From contig NC_087436.1 of NCBI RefSeq assembly GCF_036321535.1, positions 50,408,001-50,472,000 of the forward strand: a stretch of 64,000 nucleotides of DNA, written 5' to 3'. Every line of letters starts with the position of its first letter. Position 1 is the stretch's first letter. The notes beneath the pieces were generated by a model. The model was not told the origin of the DNA. It ran no database searches and was given only the letters and a program-made list of their open reading frames with translations. This document shows, in pieces, positions 40,026-53,547 of this stretch. The position numbers and the translations under genes were made by a program. This DNA comes from Camelus dromedarius (lineage: Eukaryota).

Positions 40026-40972
40026 GAAAGGCAGGAACAATCTTTCTGGTTCTCTTTGTCCAGGAGGATTCTTAATAACTTAATATCAGACCCAGGGATG
40101 AAAAGGGATATAGGATTTCTGCACACAAATAAATGAAAGTATAATACATATAATAAAAAATGTAAAGTGGTTTTATGTTTGTCTTTGTTGTAAGGATGTA
40201 TTCAGATAGCTTATATGGTCATCCTCTATTATTCAAAGATACAGACTATAATACAAGTTGTGACAGAAATTAGGAATTTTAGGAAGTGTTCTCTTATATT
40301 TATTGTATCTATGGCACTTGTTGATATTTGTTTGTAAGGTTAGCTACATTAAATTGACTTTATTAAAACCAAAATTTCCATGTAATCATTAATGATTAAA
40401 AATAAAATGTCTAATTGTAGTCATTCAATTAAAGTCATAATTTTATTAATGTCTCTTTAGCATTCATTCATGTATGTATTATTCCACAGAAAAATTTGTG
40501 ATTCAAAATTCATATCTGCCTAGAAATTAGAATTAACATTACAGCAGTGGATTACAATATTCTTCAAGCCTCTTTGATCTTCTTCCAAGAAGTAGAATTT
40601 GGGGGAATAATACACTTTGCTTTTGCTTCCTTTATTCAATTTTTCTTATCCCTTTTCATTTCTTTTAGATGGTCTGATGTGTTCTACCAGAGTCTAAAAG
40701 TAAACTGTTTATTTATGATTGGAAAACACTTCACACCATTCAAAAAAATGCTAAAGTAAACTTTTCTCCATGTGACATGATAATGATGAAGTGTTCTAAC
40801 ATACAGCATTACTGAATGTCAGAAGCAGATAAATAAAAAAGGCCACATTGGAATAAAAATTACTGACTTTGAGTGAAATACATACTAACAAACACATCAG
40901 AAACATGTCTTACTGGCCTGTGAAACTAAGTATTTTTTTGTCTCTTCAACTACTTTAAACATGCCCTCCCAA

Positions 40973-42025
40973 TTTGGGACAAAATATTTGCAAACATTGC
41001 TACAGACAAGGAATTGATTTCCAAAATATACAAACAGCTCATACAGCTTAATAAAAAAATCAAAAACCCAATCAAAAAATGGGCAGAAAATCTAAATAGA
41101 CATTTCTTCAAAGAAGACATACAGATGGACAACAGGCACATGAAAAGATGTTCACTAATTATTAGAGAAATGCAAATTAAAAAGACAATGAATTATCACC
41201 TCACACCTGTCAGAATGGCCATCATTAAAAAGTCTACAAATCATAAATGCTGGAGAGAGTGTGGAGAACAAGGAACCCTCCTACACTGTTGGTGGATATG
41301 TAAATTAGTGTAGCCACTATTGTGGACAGTATGGAGGTTCCTTAAAAACTAAAAATAGAGTTACCCTATGTTCTAGCAATTCTATTCCTGGGTATATACC
41401 TGGAAAAGATGAAAATTCTAATTAAAAAAGATACATGCACCCCAATGTTCATAGAAGCACTATTTACAATAGCCAAGACATGGAAGCAACCTACATGTTC
41501 ATCTACAGATGACTGGATAAATAAGATGTGGTATACATAAACAGTGGAATATTACTCAGCCACAAAAAAGAACGCAATAATGCCATTGCAGCAACATGGG
41601 TAGACCTAGAGATTATCATATTAAGTGAAGTAAGTCAGAGAAAGACAAGTATTATATGATATCATTTATATGTGGAATCCAAAAAATTGATATGAATGAA
41701 CTTATTTACAAAACAGAAATAGATTCACAGACATAGAAAACAAACTTACAGTTACCAAAGGGGTAAGTGGAGGAGGGTGATAAATTAGAAGTTTGAGATT
41801 AACATATACACATTACTGTATATAAAATAGATAAACAACAAGGCCCTACTCTGTATAGCACAGGGAACTATATTCAGTATCTTGTAATAACCTGTAATGG
41901 AAAAGAATCTGAAAAAGAAAAAGAAGTGTGTGTGTATGCATAACTGAATCACTTTGCTGTACACCTGCAACTAACACAACATTGTAAATTAACTATACTT
42001 CAATTTTTTTTAATGGTTTAAAAAA
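40973..42025 (+). mobile_element. 5'-truncated L1 with target-site duplication
   Basis: Translation [11 protein letters not shown]...[21 protein letters not shown]...[17 protein letters not shown] core atgccctcccaa at 40961-40972 and 42026-42037, each preceded by a tttaaa endonuclease-type site. Confidence 0.96.
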
Positions 42026-43899
42026 ATGCCCTCCCAACTTCCTCACCTCTCTGAACTGTCTCTCTCTAGACTTTGGAATTACATTTATTTTTCTTTCCTC
42101 TATGTCTCCTACATTTGACTGCGCCCTCCCTGCTGTTCTGTTGCTGCCTAGGATTGGCTCCTCTCTCCTTTTCCTCAGTCCTCCCCTCCACCAGAGGCTT
42201 CTTCTTCTCACACTCCTCTGACTGTCATGGCCTCTCACAGGTGGATGCCCTTTCTGCCTCCATTGCCTTTCCAAGTCCCATCCACAGTTCATGTTGCAAA
42301 CTGCTGATATAAACTTGCTCAAAAAATCATTTTTAAAATATAATTTTCCTGCTTAAGTATCTGTAATCCATTCCCTACCCCTGAATTTTAACAGCTCTCT
42401 TTGTCTCCTGTATTTATTTGCTTCTATGGCCATGCTACCAAAAAGGTGTGCACGGGTGTCTTCTTAGCCAAAAGAAGCAGAGAATGTGAGGTAAAACCCA
42501 GAAGACTCAGTAACAGGAGGCGGTGACACATTTTTACACACCTAATGAGTTCCAACCACTTTTGCAAAACTGTATTAAACACGCTTATTTGTTAAAATCC
42601 ATACTCTAAATCAGCCTGGTTCAATCAGCAATCCTAACTTGCCAGAAAGTAACAGCAGCATCTTAAGGCTCATGATAGATAAGGAGGCAAATTTGCTCAG
42701 AATCTGAGACTGAAAAAAATAATACAGCCTAAGGAGGGGTTGAGCGTCTAGAAGAGAAGTCTTAACCATAAAATGGCTAACTGGGCAGGAGGGAAAAGCA
42801 AAAGCAATGCTGTTTCACTGGAAGCATCCTGGCATCTTCAGCATACCAAAGGACAAAAATAAACAGAGCCATGTCACAGGACAAGCATTACAGTATGGTG
42901 TCATTCTGCAAAAGTTGTCACAGAAAGGCTAACGCCATAATGAGCTGACTGGAAAGACAGCTCAAGGCTGCAAAAACAAAGCTTTTTAACAGGAAGAGAA
43001 CAAGGGAAGAAAAGATCTGCTCTGAGAACGGTGCCCTGCTGTTTCCCACTGGCTGGCAGTGGGAAAGCAACACATTTCAGCTTTACCCTTTTTTCCCCAA
43101 CAATAAGCAACATTACAAAACTGAGGATATAAAACCTGCTGGCATTCAGAAATCAAAGCGCAAGGGAAAAATGCAAGAGAGCATTTAGTTCCCTAAAATA
43201 AGAGCCGGGCTTCTGGCTAGGCAAATTGCATTTCAGGACTTTGAGACAGTATCGTGAAACCTTTCTCTTATCTTACCACATAACATACCATGTGTATGAC
43301 TGAGAAGAAAGGGGTTGCTGATGGATTTATTGTGGTTGCAAGACATAGCACAGAGTGAAATGCAGAGGATAGTGATAAACCATTCATATTTGTTAAATGA
43401 AATACATCTGCTACTTTTTCTCATTACTCCTCTGGGAGAGATAGTGTTGAGATGGGCTTCTAAAAGGAAGTCAGATAGAGTAGAGCTAGGCCATTATTCC
43501 TGAACCCCATCAAAAGTTGTACAGCTAGAAATTGTACCCTAGTTTAGGACCATGAAGTGCAAAAAGGCACATCACTCTCATGTCAACTTTTACTGTGAGG
43601 AGGGTCTGCACAGCAGAGTTCTGAGATAAGGAAGGATGTGTTGACTCCCACAAGCCAAGGCAAGAAGGGGTTTATGCAACCAGTGTTGATTCTTAACTCT
43701 TTGCAGTATTAAAAAATGAAACTTTTTTTTTCCAATTTCTGATTAAAAAATCCACTGACAAATCCCTCTTTCTTATTCTTTAACTATATTTTAAATACTT
43801 CATTGCTCTCCAGGCACTTTTGGTTATCCAGACTCAGTCTAGTGCATTTTAAAACTCCAAAATCATATCCAATTCCAAGCTTCCCCTTTCCTCCAATGA

Positions 43900-44720
43900 T
43901 GATAGGTCTGTGACCCTATGAGCTATATGGAAAAGAGGGGTGGTGGAGTCTTAACATTCCTCACCCTCCTTTTCATTTCTAGGTTTGAATGAAGTCATTA
44001 TTGGAACAGGTAGAAGAATCCTGGGAAATTTCAAATGTCCTGTACTTAACTGGATGAGATCATATAACTCTCCCTACACGTAACTGAAGCCCCGGGCTGG
44101 CACTGATTATTTCTTCTCCCTCTGTGACAAGTGTCCACACACCGACTCCTACATGGGTTGCATGTGAAAAAAAGCCCTGCAGGGACTCTCCATTGCAGAA
44201 TCCTCTGAAATAAAATCTAGTTCTGGATCACCTTCTTCAGTTAACTCTCAGTCCTGCACCCAGCCGTCCACCCAAAGCCTGGTAGTTAACCCTCTTTGGT
44301 GCACTTCTGGTAAAAGGACTCGAGCCTGACTATTATCCGCTAGATTTTTGCCAATCTCACACATTTTTGCCAATCCAGTTCTGCTTCTTCTCTTCTTTCT
44401 TCAATATTCTGTTCTCCTGATCAGATAGATACAAGGGCAGATCAATCAGGCTACTCCCTAAGCAAATGAGATACAGCCAGGAGATGATCTACCAGATCCT
44501 TTTTCTTACAAGCATCTGCATCACATTCAGCAATTTCTCTTGGACCCTCAGCCCATTCTCTTTGCTTCCAAATGGAAGGGAACAACCTCTCACCACAAGT
44601 ACTGCACTCTCTGCTGAAGTGAGTATTCTGGCATCTTCCCCTTCTCCTCCACAGACTTTACCTTAAATGTTTCGGGGAAGGACGGGGGTGGTTAAATGGA
44701 GGATGAGGGTCAGGTGATTG
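43900..44720. mobile_element. Probable ancient LTR, family not assigned
   Basis: GC-elevated non-coding block resembling old mammalian LTRs. Impression only. Confidence 0.3.
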
Positions 44721-45359
44721 ACTCTGGTTAGACCTTCTCCCTGATAAGCCCTAGGGAGGTGTACCTGATCCCAATTTTTAGTGACTTGAGGGCAGCTTTT
44801 ATCAGAATGTGAGATACTTAGTACTTTTCAACATCACTTTGGGCATAAGCAGCAATTTAACAGAGATGATTCCATTCAGCATCTTGTTTACTTACACCAG
44901 TCTAGTGCTTTTAAAGATGAAGTGAGTTTTTATAAAATGTTTCAACATTCTTGCAAATCTCTTCTTTTGGAAGATAATATTCCTCCATAAGAGAAACTCA
45001 GTGATTTGCCCAGTTTGTGCTCATATGAATGATAGAGTTAGACCTAACCTCTTTGCTACTTTCTCCCCTCTCTGCTATTTCACGGTTCTAAGTTGCCAGT
45101 AACCACTTCCATCCTTTAGTCATGCTACTCCCAAGACCCTTGTCCTTAATAGACACCAGATTTGGGACTGTATCTTCAGACATTGGCAAAGTTGAAAAAT
45201 CAACACCCAAAGTAAAAGGGAAATCTACTTGCTTACGTAAGGAAGATTCAAATAAATTATAGGGCATGTTTTTATGACCTGTATTTGTAAGTCTATAATC
45301 ATGGCTTCATATTGCTTTACAAACTCTAATCAGAGTATTTGTCTTAGTGTGTGTTTGTG

Positions 45360-45910
45360 CTGTAGTGAGCAAGTGCCACCACTGTCATGCCAGATGACTT
45401 ACAACAAAAAGAACAAGAAACCCTGAAACTGGAATACGTGAAAATGAATCAAAACCCACTGAATAGCAATACAGATCCATATCAATCACATATCCAGAAG
45501 GCAATGAGTTTTTCTTCAGCTTAGGCTAAAAAATGACCAGAAGTGAAGAGGGGCACTCAGAAATAGAACAGAAAAACATGGATAGTAAAATACAGATAGT
45601 AAAACTTCACTATGACTATCAAAACAGTTAAACTGTACCTAACCATGATGTGCAACATAGACAACATAAGCTCAAAAGCTTTAACACTTTTAACATCAAC
45701 TCATAATAGAATTCCGTGTTACAACAAAAGAAAATACTAATTGTTCCAGCAACTTGCCTAGTTTACAAATTTATTAACCAACCCCTGCCAGACCACTTTA
45801 TATTTCAAGGTTTTCCCTTTTGAGACACTACTGAGGTGTCTGTCCAGGTGGTGTTCTCCCGTTCTCAGAAAGTTTATGTGACAAATAAGTTTCCCCTGTG
45901 TTCTTTGCAT
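45360..45910 (+). mobile_element. Probable ERV1-type LTR
   Basis: Starts tgtagtgag; the 3' part (ttttcccttttgagacactactgagg...ggtgttctccc) looks like an LTR R/U5 region. Family not assigned. Confidence 0.4.
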
Positions 45911-45944
45911 GGTAGCTTCAAAGGCTTACAAGCAATTACAGGAC

Positions 45945-46300
45945 ATTATTACTGAACTGCCTTCCAAAATTCATGTGTTGAAGTCCTAACTCCCACTACC
46001 TCAGAATATAACAGTATTTGGAGACAGGGACTTTAAAGAGGTAATTAAGTTAAAATGATGTAACTGAGGTAGGACCTAATCCAATATGACTGGTGTCCCT
46101 TACAAGAAAAGGAGCTTGGGATACAAACGTGCACAGGAGGAAGATCATGTGAAGACACAGGGAGAAGATCTATCTATAAGCCAAAGAAAGACTCCTCAGA
46201 AGTAATTAACTCTGCTAACACCTTGATCTTGGAATTCTAACCTCCAAAATTGTGAAAAAATATATTTCTGTTGTTTAAGCCACCCAGTATGTGGTGCTTT
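45945..46300 (+). mobile_element. MaLR LTR (MLT1B-like)
   Basis: ccaaaattcatgtgttgaagtcctaac...tatttggagacagggactttaaagaggtaattaagttaaaatga...tttctgttgtttaagccacccag. Confidence 0.88.
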
Positions 46301-47039
46301 GGGAAATGGAAAATTTCTCTTCAAAATTATTCTTAATTTGTTGCTAAAAAGAGACAATATGACATTGGTTCTTCATATGCATAGAGAAACAGGTAGCTCC
46401 CTTGGAGTACATGTATTTTGATCTACATACACACCTACAATGAATACTTTAGACAAAAGCACAATTTGAACTTCGCTAAATCTCCTGCATTTTTTTAAGT
46501 CAATAGTATACATTATGTATATGTTCAGCTCATTTCCTATCCCTTCCTCTACCATATGTCTCATGTACACTCAGGCTGTATATTTAGGTATCCTCATATA
46601 CACTGTGCATTTTTATAGCTTTTCAATTTGTTAAGAAAGTTCTCTCTTCCTGAAAGGTCTTATCCCTGCTTCTTCATCTGAGACATCTTTACCCCTCCCA
46701 TCATCCCAAATAGAACTGTTACCTTCTTTGATGCATCCACATCACTCTGTGCCTCTATCATAAGCAGTTTTAGCTTGTAACATAATTAATGCATGTATAT
46801 TCTCTAAATGGGACCTGAGCAAGCAGGAGTATGTCTTACACATCTTTATAGAAACAGAACCAGTCAGAAGATCTGGCACACAGTAGGAGCTCAACAGAAG
46901 TCATGGATCCAAACCCTTAGCAACAGAAACTAAACTGTTCTGAATCAAACATTTCTTCATTTAGGGAAAGAGAGCATTTGAAGAACATTAGAAGAGGGTA
47001 CTATTTAGGATTTTTTTTTCAATTTGCAGGTAACACAGA

Positions 47040-47490
47040 ACTAAAATAAAATGGATTAAAATTTACAACACTGGAATGCATTGGCTCTCATGACTGAAAA
47101 TTCCAAATGTGAGGCAATCCTTAGGAATAATTTGATCAGAACCCTGGCTCCACTTGTCTTCTTACTGCCTTCTTCTGTGTCAGCTTTACCTTCAGGTTGG
47201 CTCCCATCATAGTAGAAGATGGTTTCGGGAATTCCAAGTACCACATCTGTGTGTGTCAGCTTCCAGAGGATAGCTGAGCTTGTCTTTTCCCAACCATTAA
47301 CTTAGGTAACAAGCCAAGCACTCCGCAAGGAAGATAGCGTTAAGACGATGATTTAGACCATTTGGGGCTCAACAACTTGCCAATGGCATTATTTACAGCA
47401 AATCCTCTTGGCTGAGGAATTCAGTGTCCTATTTGGAGATAGGGAGTGGGGAAAGAACTAGTTGGAAACAACCAAAAGCGTCTACTACAA
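47040..47490 (-). mobile_element. Old MaLR LTR fragment
   Basis: tgtgtcagctttaccttcaggttggctcc...aagatggtt and terminal tctactaca. Confidence 0.5.
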
Positions 47491-50363
47491 CTAGTTAATA
47501 ACTACTGTCCCTTTAACCTCCCAGAGTTTATGTTCCTATTAGTCTCAGTGACATCCTTATTATTTGGCTTATGAGTTATTAAAAGTATATATATTTTACT
47601 GAATAAATTTGCATTTTAAAGAGAAAGAAAATACTTTAAAATTATAGTACTGTCAACTCTAATGCATAATTGATACTTGAGAAAAAGAAAGTAACAGATC
47701 TCTTCAAAAAAAGTTTTTTTCAATACTCATTTCACAGCAACATACACATATAAAATATGAAAATTACTGCCTTGTTTCACTTTACTAGCTTCAATTTCTC
47801 TTCATGCATTCCACCTATAGCATTGTGCCTTTTCCAAGAAAAATTATTTACCCAGACAAAATGAAAGTATTATTAATCATATCAATAACATATCAGGTTT
47901 TGGGGTAGATCATCCAGGAAAATTATCCAGGTGTTTATTTTATAAAATGAAAGTTACAAATCAATCATGTGCATCTTGACAGAGAAAGGCTCTTTTTAAA
48001 ACACATACTGCATTATTTCCATCCAGTCCTTTGATTGAGTCAGGATTTTAATAACATTATTGTATCCCTTGAATATCATGCTCTTTCTACCAACAGCATA
48101 TCCTCCAAAGAGCTGCAACTGGGTCTGCCTATCTTTGCATACCCCATTATTTTAACAAATATTTTTTGAGTGCCTGCTGTGATCTGGGAAATTTCATAGG
48201 CCCTAGATAAACAATGAATAAGAGGCACTTGCTTTCAAAACACAGTTAAAGATTAATATAGAAAATATTCTTAAAATAGCAGCATAATAATAAGAAGATA
48301 TTATATATAGAAATATAGAAGGAATTAATGTAGGGATAAGAACAGAGAGGGTGTATAGCAAAGCTGAATCCTGAAAGTTAAGTAGGTGTTATGTGGGGTG
48401 GGAAATCTTGTTCTGTCAAAGAAACAGACCATAGGAAGGCCAAGATGGAAAAAAGAATAATTCAAATTTGAGAATCAGCAAGGAGATCAGTAGTGGATGA
48501 GTGTGGATGAGGTACAAAGTAGAAGTATAAAGTGGAGAAAGATATAGATAAGAGATAAATAGGGACCATATCATGACTGACTTTAAAAATCAGGTTAGGA
48601 ACGCTACACTTCACCTAAAGGTGTTTCACTGTTTTATATGAAAAAGTCACAATTTACAACCTTGTCCATAACACTGGGGATCTTGACTGGACGCTTGCTA
48701 TTCCACCTGCTCCAGCTGCAGTTAACAGGATCATGAGCATTCGCATTCCAGCATGATCCTCCTAAAAAGTCTCCTTATATTTCACACAAAAAAGAAAGTA
48801 TTAAATTCTGCCACAGTGAATAAGCCACGCTAAGTTACACTTAACTTTCTAGTGGTTGATTTTCAAAGTGCATTGTGCAATGTTTATGTATTTTTAAAGG
48901 AATTTACAGAATGCTCATGTAAGAAAATTAAAGATCTAGCTATAAAGATTATTTAACCAGCAATGTGTTTGGTAAGAAGGAAGGATTTTGGTGATTTTGA
49001 GATTTTTTAAAAATAATACTTTATTGTTCAAATTCTCAGAATTCCCATGCAGTAACATATTGTAGGTGACTCTCTCATAATCTGACTTACAACACTCTAA
49101 TTTTATGGTCTTTCTTGTTATGAATAATATCCCCAAATTATCTATCACAACTTAATTTATGAACACCCAAGGTTTGAAATCTCTTGAGAAGTCAGAGACA
49201 CCAGACGCATGTGCCTGTCCAGAAGAGGCAGAATAAATACGCAAATAAGAGAAGGACCAAGAGTTGGTGCCAAAGGGGAAAATGGATGAATGTGGAAGTT
49301 GGCCAGCAGGAAATGAGAAGAACCTAAGAAAATTTAAATTTGTATTTAATATTGATGTTTTTGGACAAAAATTGAGTGTGTGTGTCTGTGTCTATGCCTG
49401 TGTCTGTGTGTAACTCACACAAAGACACAGAGGTGGGACAAGCATTATATTCTCACTATGCTGCTGCCCATGAGTCTGTGCCAGGATGTGTCTCACAGAT
49501 GAGACCATGTTACATTGTTTCCTCTGGAGCTTCTTACTTCCTTGGATGTACTTGCAAGTGGATATGTATCTAATTAAGTTATGACCTAGGTATTTTCACT
49601 GAATAGTTCTTCAAATAAGTTAACAGACTCTCCTTTAGCAAGAGCCAGTTCTTAACCAAATGCATATTTGTGGGTGGGAATGAAGAGCTTTTCTCTCAAT
49701 TGTTGGCACAGTATTCCAGCAGAACTTTATGTCTTTCTAGGGGTTGTTGTGCCTTTAGAACTAAGAGAGGCCATTCCTGGACAAAGCAGCAGGAAGTCCT
49801 GATCTCTCATTCTCCATCTCTGATTATCCAAACCCCTGCTCCAAGAGAATCACTCTGCTATGGTACATGACCAGCTCACCTTCTGCATCATCCACCTCTC
49901 GATTTTTCCAGTGTTCGGCCTTCTCAATCAGCTTTTATCTTCATGTGCTAGTCCTAGTACCTAATCCCATTTTCTTCAACAAGCTACTTACTCTAGTAGG
50001 AAGCTCTAGACTTAACTCCTGCCAATTTGCCTTATTCTTTCCTGTTCTGCCTTCCTTTTTCTGCTTTAGATTTCTGTATTGTGGATAACTGCCAAAGTGC
50101 AATAAAACAGTACATGTCTTATGTGGGAAAATTAATTCAGAGTACAAACCAGAGAAAAAAGAAACAAGAAATAGGAAATCAGGGTAGTAGATTCTGGATG
50201 ATGATTAATTTAACATATTGACGCTTGAAATCTCAAAGAGGTATAGCTCACTTGAAGGCCTAGTCTGAAAGTTTAAGAGTAACAAAATAATACTCTATAT
50301 CATACTCTATAATATATTTCATAGAGAAAACAGAATTCAAGCAAAGTAAAAGCAAACTCAAAT

Positions 50364-50450
50364 TAGGGTTGCCAGGTAAAAGATTTGAAATTCATATAAA
50401 CAACAGTTCAAATGTAGTTATATTTTTATTTGTTAAATCTGGTCACCCTA
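50364..50450. mobile_element. MER53-like hAT MITE remnant
   Basis: Inverted termini tagggttgccag / ctggtcacccta, with the subterminal motif tatttttatttgttaaat. Confidence 0.65.
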
Positions 50451-51833
50451 AATCCAGTGGAATTTTAAAACATCTCTAGAGCAGCATTTAAAACTCATCT
50501 TCCCTCTTATTTAAGAGTGCAGGCTTGGATCAAAGAAGTGTTGACCTTGAAAAAAGGCAAGAAGCGAGCAACCAGCTATCATTGCATCTCTTGGATTATA
50601 TTGAAAGGCAAAATTTACCCATATGATCTATGTCAACAATTGGTTTCAATGCAACGTAATTTTATTGAGTATAAGAACTACACATGAATAACAACATGAC
50701 TGTGTTAAAAAAAGAATCCAGTATAGGCGTATGTAAAACTTAGCAAGCCTGCCTAATGTATAACAGAGTCAGATAGATCTGGGTATGAATCTCATTTCCA
50801 CTTTAGCAAGGTCAGTTTGGAAAACTTACAAAACTTGCATCAGAATTCCATATATGTACAATAAGAGTTATATATACATATATATATATATACATATATA
50901 ATCATTCTATGCGGATTTTAAAATACTAGATTTATAAAGGACATGGCATAGAACCTAGTCTTTAGAAGTAGTCAGTTAATATTAGTTACTAGTTAATTCA
51001 ATCCATATCTATATTCTAGAATGCATCAATTGCATAAAAGAAAGCATACCAGCTATTAGTTATTTTTAAACAAATGTTATAAGTGTTCCTCTTCCTACTG
51101 AATCTCTCTGGAATTTTGGAAAAATCCTATCAACCATTCCATTGTTCAATTCAGTTCCTCTAATAAGGTTAGTTCAACAGAAGTGAAAAACAGGATATGA
51201 GTTCCTGATCCTGGCACTCTGCTCTACTAAGGTGTGCTCTCCTCTTCTGAATCAGCCACTAATCACATCTCTTTGCCTCTTCTATCCTACAATTTATGCA
51301 GTGACATTTTCTAATGATAATTGCTTTGTAAGGAGTGGATTGCTTCAGACTGCTTTGTATTCTAAAAACAATTTGCTGAAAGAGGACAGATGAAGAAAAG
51401 ACATCTAGCAATGTCATGAGCACACAAGCCCTCAAAATTATATTTTGTATAGGTGAGATGCTTTGGCCAATATTGCCATAGACAAAATTACCTCTGACAT
51501 TTCCAAATGTCATAGTTAATCCACTCTTAACAGCAATGTTTTAAAATGTTTTAGAAGGAAGTACTTCCAAAAGTCACATCTAAGCTAGAGGAAGCAAAAT
51601 GATTTTAGTTCAGGGTCTCTCAAAAAAAAAGAAGCAGAGTTATTTAGACATGCATTTGGAAAGTTAATTATCAAAACTTTGAGAATCTCCACAAAGGTCA
51701 ACACAGAAAATGTACAATGTTACTATTGAAAAGCTGGCATTATCACTTTCATATGTTAAATCCCAATATGGCTGACTTAGTTTTACTCTATTCTGTGACT
51801 ACAGATTTCCAGCCATGACATTCCACTAAACCC

Positions 51834-52210
51834 TGTTATGGATCAAATGCTTGTGTCCCACCAAATCCTTTATGTTGAGACACTATCCTGCAATGAGATG
51901 GTATTAGAATGTGGGGCCTTTGGGAGGCAATTAGGATTAGATGAGACCACAAGGGTGGAGCCCTCATGAATGGAATTAATGGTTTTATGAGAGTCACCAG
52001 AGAGCTTGCTTCCACTCTCTGCTCTCCACCATGTGAGAATAGAGAAGTTGGCAATCTGCAACTCAGAAGAAGGTCCTCACCAGAATTTGACTATACTTAT
52101 ACCCTAATCTAAGACTTTCAGGCTCCAGAAGTGTAAGAAGTAAGTTTCTGTTGTTTGTAAGCCATTTAATCTATGGTATTTTGTTACAGCAACCCAAAGT
52201 GACTACAACA
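51834..52210 (+). mobile_element. MaLR solo LTR (MLT1A0-like), followed by older MLT1 sequence (to ~52680)
   Basis: tgttatgga...ggggcctttgggaggcaattaggattagatgag...gagccctcatgaatggaatta...gactacaaca; flanks aaccc / acccc. Confidence 0.9.
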
Positions 52211-53112
52211 ACCCCCAAAGACAGTAACACATGTTGCAAGCATAGTCTGACAAAATATCCCATCCCTTTGACATGTAATTGACCTGAAAATTAATGGGTG
52301 ACATAATCCAGGCCAATCAGAATCATTCTGTGAAATTGTATAAATGGGTGCCATCTCTTTTCTCAGTCATGGGTCACTAAACTGGAATAATATAATTTTG
52401 AACCTCTCTGTGGCTATGCCATCATTTCCCTCACCACATGAAGAAAGCCTGTCTATTGTAGGTTGCCAACACACCAATAGAAACAGGACCAAGTGATGAA
52501 GGAGAGATGGGCCAGAGAGACTGAATAGGAAAAAATAACATTATTTGAATCTACAGTGTTTTTAACGACAATCTTACCCTCTTGGAATTCTTGGTTACAT
52601 GCATGATTCAGTGAATTCACATTTTTAAACTACTTTCGGGTTTCTGTCACTGCAATATAACAATATCTTGATCATACAATTTAGCCCACCTAAACAACAA
52701 CAACAACAAAAGGAGTCACATTTTATAGTAAAGCAAGTCTTAAAGATTGCTTTAAAGATTCAGTCACTATGGCTATATGATATTCCCAATAACATAAATG
52801 GATTTAGATAATCTGTTCAATTACAGCACAGTGAGTTCAACTGGAAAGGTCTATCAATAATCATAAGCATACATTTGATCAGTGTTAGGGTCTATCCAGA
52901 TATCCCTTGCCTTTGTGCATTAATTATTTTATGACAAGATTTTGAAGTTTTTATAGGATAGGAAAATGTGTGATTTCACTTTCACATAATCCTCAGGTGG
53001 GCCAATTTATAGGAATAACTTCTGAGTTTTAAAATAATAAAATATTTGTTCTCTCTTTCCAGAGGTCAATTAATAAAAAAAAATGTTTTTTGTTTTTTTA
53101 TCAGTGGTGCAG

Positions 53113-53547
53113 TATAGTGAGTTGAACACTGGTCCCCAAAATTTATATCCACATGAAACCTCAGAATGTGACCTTATTTGGAATAAAGATCTTTGCAGTT
53201 ACAAGTAAGGTAGGATCTCAAGATGAAATCATCCCAGATTATCATGGGCCTCTTATAAAAAGAGAGAAAAGGAGAAGACACAAAGACACAAAGTCGGCCA
53301 TGTGAAGATGGAGGCAGAGACTGGAGTGATGGGGCTACCAGTCAAGGACCAGGAACAATTGCTGGGAGCCACCAGGAGCTAGAAAGAGACAAGTAAGGAT
53401 TCTTCCCTGGAGCCATCAGAGGGACGGGGCTCTACCAAGCTCTTGATTCTGGATTTCTAGCCTCCAGAACTGGGAAAGATTAAATTTCCGTTGTTTCATG
53501 TCAACAAGCTTGTAGTAATTTGCTATGGCAGCCCAAGGAAACTTACA
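53113..53547 (+). mobile_element. MaLR solo LTR (MLT1C-like)
   Basis: aacctcagaatgtgaccttatttggaataaagatctttgcag...ggccatgtgaagatggaggcagagactggagtgatg...ggcagcccaaggaaacttaca. Confidence 0.9.

Noticed and set aside
40640..40705. Possible micro-exon (ttcttttag|ATGGTC...AAAA|gtaaac)
   Set aside because: Weak donor. Such motifs are expected by chance in AT-rich DNA.
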